Source: Bacteroidia bacterium (lineage in GTDB: Bacteria > Bacteroidota > Bacteroidia > SpSt-205). From it: 64,000 bases of DNA. Positions 60,449 through 64,000 of this stretch are shown piece after piece. The stretch is taken from contig JBCNVK010000001.1 in the NCBI GenBank assembly GCA_039630245.1, positions 101,625-165,624 on the forward strand, in the 5' to 3' direction. A program made the translations under genes and the position numbers. How positions within the stretch are numbered: position 1 is the first letter of the stretch; every line of letters starts with the position of its first letter. Below the pieces are notes generated by a model, which made no database searches, was not told the origin of the DNA, and worked only from the letters and a program-made list of their open reading frames with translations.

Positions 60449-61026
60449 GTGAGGCGCGCTGGCTGTGGGAGCACCCGCTCCTCCGTATAGAGGAACGACT
60501 CAGCCCGGATGGGGAGACGCGCCTGGTAGTTCATCGGGGCGCCTTCGTAGCCGTATCCCTACACCTCTTATCGGATGGAGGTGAAGCTTTCCTAATGGTG
60601 CGACAAAAGCGTCCTACAGCCGAAGAGCCCTTCTATGAGCATCCGGCGGGTATGATAGAGGTTTGGGAAACCCCTTTACAGGCGGCTTTGCGTGAGGTAG
60701 CCGAAGAGACAGGCTGGCTTCTAGCCCCACAGGACCTTATGCTACTTACGCCGCAGCCACTCTACCCCTCCCCGGCCTTTTGGCAGGAGATAGGCTACTT
60801 CTTTGCCGCCCGAAAAGAGGTCCCTCTGGCCGTACTCAAGGCCTATGCTACTCCCCAGCTCCGCCAAAGAGGCAAGGAAAAAGTAGAGCTGCTCGCCGTG
60901 CCACCTTCCCAAGTTTTGCGGCTTACTCGAAACCTCCAAACCGTGGCCCACACCCTGCTTTACTATGCCTATCTCGGTGCTCCTTACCGAGACTTATCAC
61001 CCCTTTCTTCTCACCGCGCTGGCTGA
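60445..61026 (+). CDS. NUDIX hydrolase
   Basis: Nudix box ...HPAGMIEVWETPLQAALREVAEETGW..., of the GX5EX7REUXEEXGU type. Confidence 0.75.
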   Translation: MSEARWLWEHPLLRIEERLSPDGETRLVVHRGAFVAVSLHLLSDGGEAFLMVRQKRPTAEEPFYEHPAGMIEVWETPLQAALREVAEETGWLLAPQDLMLLTPQPLYPSPAFWQEIGYFFAARKEVPLAVLKAYATPQLRQRGKEKVELLAVPPSQVLRLTRNLQTVAHTLLYYAYLGAPYRDLSPLSSHRAG

Positions 61027-61936
61027 AACGCCCTACTTTCGCTCTGTCCACCTTCCCCATCCGACTCCCGCCGCGCTCCAAGCGGCCCTTTCCACCGCCC
61101 AGATATGGATACTGCGCGGTGCTGTACCGGTAGATGCCTCGCTACTGAGCTATGCGCCTAATCTGCGCTGGATTATACGCGCCGGCTCAGGTACCGACCA
61201 CATAGATAAAAAGGCGCTTCAAGCCCGTGGCATCCAGCTTTTTACTACCCCTTCAGCTAATGCGGCCACCGTAGCCGAATATGTACTTATGGCCGTGCTC
61301 CTCCTGGCGCGGCGAATCCTTCCAGCCTACCATGACCTACGAGAAAAAGGCATTTGGAGTCGCCGCACCTATCCTGGCCGTGAGGTAGCCAGCCTTACCA
61401 TAGGCCTCATCGGCTACGGCACCAACGGAAGCCGCACGGCCCAGCTCCTGCGTCTTTTAGGGGCACGCATCCTAGCCTATGATAAGTACAAAGCTGGCTT
61501 CGCTACGAGCGGCATAGAAGAGGTCCCCTTAGAGAAGATATGGGAAGAAGCCGATATATGCTCCCTGCACGTCCCCCTCACTCCCGAGACAAAGGGATGG
61601 GTAGCAGCCGAATTCTTAGCAAAATTTCGCAAGCCCATAGCTCTTATCAATGCCGCCCGCGGGGAGATTGTAAGTCTAGCCGCTTTAGCGCAGGCCCTTC
61701 AGACAGGGAAGGTGTGGGGGGCTGCGCTTGATACCCTGCCTTATGAGCCACCCTACAACCTGCCACCTGCCGAAGCCGAAGCCTGGAACTATCTTCAGCG
61801 CCATCCAGCCGTCCTCCTTACGCCTCACATCGCCGGCCTTACTGAAGAGAGCGAATTACGAATGGCGAAAAGCATTCTGGCGCTGCTCCAGCGCTTTCCC
61901 GACGGCCATCCCTACACCGAGCAGCACCCAATATAA
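60965..61936 (+). CDS. D-isomer-specific 2-hydroxyacid dehydrogenase (phosphoglycerate dehydrogenase-like)
   Basis: NAD-binding motif GLIGYGTNGSRTAQLL....D, and ...ALINAARGEIV...HIAG... with the catalytic His. Confidence 0.75.
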   Translation: MPISVLLTETYHPFLLTALAETPYFRSVHLPHPTPAALQAALSTAQIWILRGAVPVDASLLSYAPNLRWIIRAGSGTDHIDKKALQARGIQLFTTPSANAATVAEYVLMAVLLLARRILPAYHDLREKGIWSRRTYPGREVASLTIGLIGYGTNGSRTAQLLRLLGARILAYDKYKAGFATSGIEEVPLEKIWEEADICSLHVPLTPETKGWVAAEFLAKFRKPIALINAARGEIVSLAALAQALQTGKVWGAALDTLPYEPPYNLPPAEAEAWNYLQRHPAVLLTPHIAGLTEESELRMAKSILALLQRFPDGHPYTEQHPI

Positions 61937-63109
61937 CCCATATAGCCGCTGGCGCGCCAGCGAGCCCCAGTACGGCGTAGCCAACCCAATCACCCCCAAA
62001 ATAAAAAGTCCAAAGGCCGCAAGAAGGAAAGTCTTACTACTCCAGCCGCGCCATTTGACGGCATAGATGCTCAGCAAAAGGCCTAAGCTACTCAGTAGCC
62101 ACACCTCGGAAGCGTAAATAAGCTCACGCAGGCGGTGGATATGCCAAGGAAAAGGCCCCCAAAGCACATGGAGGAGCGCTTGAAGCCATGCGCTCCATGA
62201 ACCCCAGAAAGTCGGTTGAAAAGTGATGTAGAAGACGCTAGCCGTAGGAAGGTCGGGATACATACGCGGGTCTAGGGCCCAAGAGCGGTACTGGTAAGCC
62301 CATGGGGCTATTCCATAGGGCAAAAGCACCAGTGCAGCCCCTACAGCCCCCACTAAGGTGAGGTAAAAAGCCCCTAAGCGATAGAGTAAGGCCCCTCCTA
62401 AAGCTACCCCTACACTTTCAGGCCGCAGGAAGTAGCCTAGGGCCAAGAGAGGTACCGCTTGGATCCCTTCCCTCAATGTACCCCGCGCTAAAAGGGCCGC
62501 CCCATATAGCATTAGAGGCAGAGCCAAGGTGTCCCGCAAAGCACCCGAGATCCAAAAAAGGCTACTGGGTATACCCATCCACACCCATACCCCTACTTTA
62601 GGTAGCGCGCCCAGCTCAGCCCAGCGCTGCCAAGCCCGGTAGAGTAAAATTCCCCCTACTATGGCATACATGCCCTGCATGCCGTAGTAGCTGCCGCCGC
62701 CTAAAAAGTAAAATAGAACCGATAGCCTGTAAAAGTTATAATTGCTCGGTTCGCTCCATTCGTAGTCATAGCCGAAAAGGGCGGCATCCTTGTAGAAAAT
62801 CCGCCAGCCTATAGCCTCCCACTTGGAGGAAAATTCTCGGAAAAGGAGGGCTAGGCCAGTTTCAGGACTTTCCATGAGGTAGTGGGCGATTCGCTGGGCG
62901 GTAAGATAGACTTTCAGCGTATCGCCGAAGCAGTAGTAGGCGGCGTACAGCCAGCCGAAAGCCCAGGCTCCTAAGACTCTGAGCGGTAAGAGAAAGGCCA
63001 AAGGAGAGTGCTCAGGCCCTGAACGGCTCAACGCATACCCTGCGGCCAAGCCAGCTGCCCCTGAGAGAAGAAAACCACCCACCTCGCGCAGGGGCTCTAA
63101 GACGACCAT
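61856..63109 (-). CDS. Polytopic integral membrane protein (possible membrane glycosyltransferase/mannosyltransferase-like)
   Basis: At least 10 hydrophobic helices. No motif I can name confidently. Confidence 0.4.
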   Translation of the reverse strand: MVVLEPLREVGGFLLSGAAGLAAGYALSRSGPEHSPLAFLLPLRVLGAWAFGWLYAAYYCFGDTLKVYLTAQRIAHYLMESPETGLALLFREFSSKWEAIGWRIFYKDAALFGYDYEWSEPSNYNFYRLSVLFYFLGGGSYYGMQGMYAIVGGILLYRAWQRWAELGALPKVGVWVWMGIPSSLFWISGALRDTLALPLMLYGAALLARGTLREGIQAVPLLALGYFLRPESVGVALGGALLYRLGAFYLTLVGAVGAALVLLPYGIAPWAYQYRSWALDPRMYPDLPTASVFYITFQPTFWGSWSAWLQALLHVLWGPFPWHIHRLRELIYASEVWLLSSLGLLLSIYAVKWRGWSSKTFLLAAFGLFILGVIGLATPYWGSLARQRLYGLYWVLLGVGMAVGKALEQRQNAFRHS

Positions 63110-63120
63110 TTCACGCGGTG

Positions 63121-63192
63121 TAGCCCCACCAGGACTCGAACCTGGATCTTGAGCTCCGGAGGCTCACGTTCTATCCCTTGAACTATGGGGCC
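63121..63192 (-). tRNA. tRNA-Arg (anticodon CCG)
   Basis: Reverse complement folds as: acceptor GGCCCCA/UGGGGCU, D-stem GUUC/GAAC, anticodon stem UGAGC/GCUCA with loop CU-CCG-GA, 4-nt variable loop, T-stem CCAGG/CCUGG with TTCGAGT loop. Confidence 0.8.
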
Positions 63193-63209
63193 ACGGCAAA
63201 GTTAGTAAT

Positions 63210-64000
63210 TCAATAGGTATGACTAGGGTGAAAGTGGAACTGCCACCCCTCTCGAGCGATAGCGGCATCCATACGCAGTATAGTTGTCATATTCCAGAGT
63301 AGGCGTACGCCTATCCCTGCGCCCCACACCGTGTAGCGCGGGAAGGCTACCTTGTCAGTGCCCCAGCCGAGGTCCACAAAAAAGGTCGGCCCTCCCAAGA
63401 AATGCTGGCGCAAAATTCGGGCTTCCAAAAATCGCATACGTAGCTCATACTGCAAAAGGTAGGCAAAAGCCGTAACAAAGCGATTTTCCCTAAATGCGCG
63501 CAGGGTATTAGGCCCGCTGAGGAGGGTTACATTTTGACCATCGGACCAGCGATTATAGGTATAGAGGTCTAAGAAGAAAATTCGGCTGCCATAGGTAGCA
63601 CTGCCTACGAGGTGTAGGGCGCCCGTAAAGCGGATTTTGCCTGAAGCGCTGCGCCAAAAGGTGTGGTACTGCCGGCAGCTCGCGTAGGTTTTGTGCGTGC
63701 GTAGGGTAGGTATAAGGCTCTCATGGCCAAACTCTATAAGCCAGCCACCATTCGGGTCTATCTCAAAGTCGCGGCTATCCCAAACTACAGCCGCTCCCAA
63801 AAACCAGCGCGGCACCCAACGATCCTGAACTACCGAAAGGCCTGGAGCCAGCAGGCGTGGCATCTGGTCTATGCTGTCCAGTAGAGTAGGCAGCTGGATA
63901 GCCTCCACCTTCTCCCCGCTGGAATTCCGAAGGCTATATGTACGCCCCCTGAGGGAATGGACTTTTTCATCCACCCATCGGAGACCGCCAATTACCCTCA
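63210..64000 (-). CDS. Omp85/BamA-family beta-barrel protein, C-terminal part (5' end beyond the window)
   Basis: The reading frame stays open to the window edge. C-terminus ...LRAFRENRFV...GAGIGVRLLWN...FHFHPSHTY parallels the 12190-13635 protein. Confidence 0.55.
   Translation of the reverse strand, partial: RVIGGLRWVDEKVHSLRGRTYSLRNSSGEKVEAIQLPTLLDSIDQMPRLLAPGLSVVQDRWVPRWFLGAAVVWDSRDFEIDPNGGWLIEFGHESLIPTLRTHKTYASCRQYHTFWRSASGKIRFTGALHLVGSATYGSRIFFLDLYTYNRWSDGQNVTLLSGPNTLRAFRENRFVTAFAYLLQYELRMRFLEARILRQHFLGGPTFFVDLGWGTDKVAFPRYTVWGAGIGVRLLWNMTTILRMDAAIAREGWQFHFHPSHTY

Overview
This is a densely coding, GC-rich stretch of a Bacteroidota chromosome. The phylum call rests on sprA, a cargo protein with a type-A T9SS C-terminal sorting domain, the conserved ftsX-DUF3098-uppP-truB-ribF block, and a candidate TAnnTTTG-type promoter. 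I count about 60 protein genes, mostly housekeeping: purA, fur, thiS/thiO, ribH, ftsX, uppP, truB, ribF, recG, mqnD, plsY, nrnA, gap, pgk, grpE, dnaJ, pdxH, ilvE, folE, queD, guaB, xerD-like, nuoF, divIVA, dcd and lpxD. There are two tRNAs: Met or Ile2 (CAU) on the plus strand, and Arg (CCG) on the minus strand. I found no CRISPR array, IS element, prophage or rRNA. The ORF track reports GTG and TTG starts as M; several starts below were refined to internal ATGs with 4-nt ATGA overlaps. The items most worth a second look are: (1) a minus-strand cluster of cryptochrome-DASH, a Dph6-like PP-loop ATPase and a ligase-associated-type metallo-beta-lactamase exonuclease; (2) a 1148-aa T9SS cargo combining beta-helix, collagen-like GXY, Ig-like Cys-module, PKD and C-terminal-domain parts, encoded next to a POTRA-less Omp85-like barrel whose paralog sits at the window end; (3) orphan complex-I pieces, a nuoI-like/nuoJ-like pair and a separate stand-alone nuoF; (4) a RibH with a roughly 55-aa internal insertion; (5) an unannotated leader upstream of sprA with a Bacteroidota-type promoter motif and two small signal-peptide ORFs. 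Every family assignment is from reading the translations by eye and needs database confirmation.
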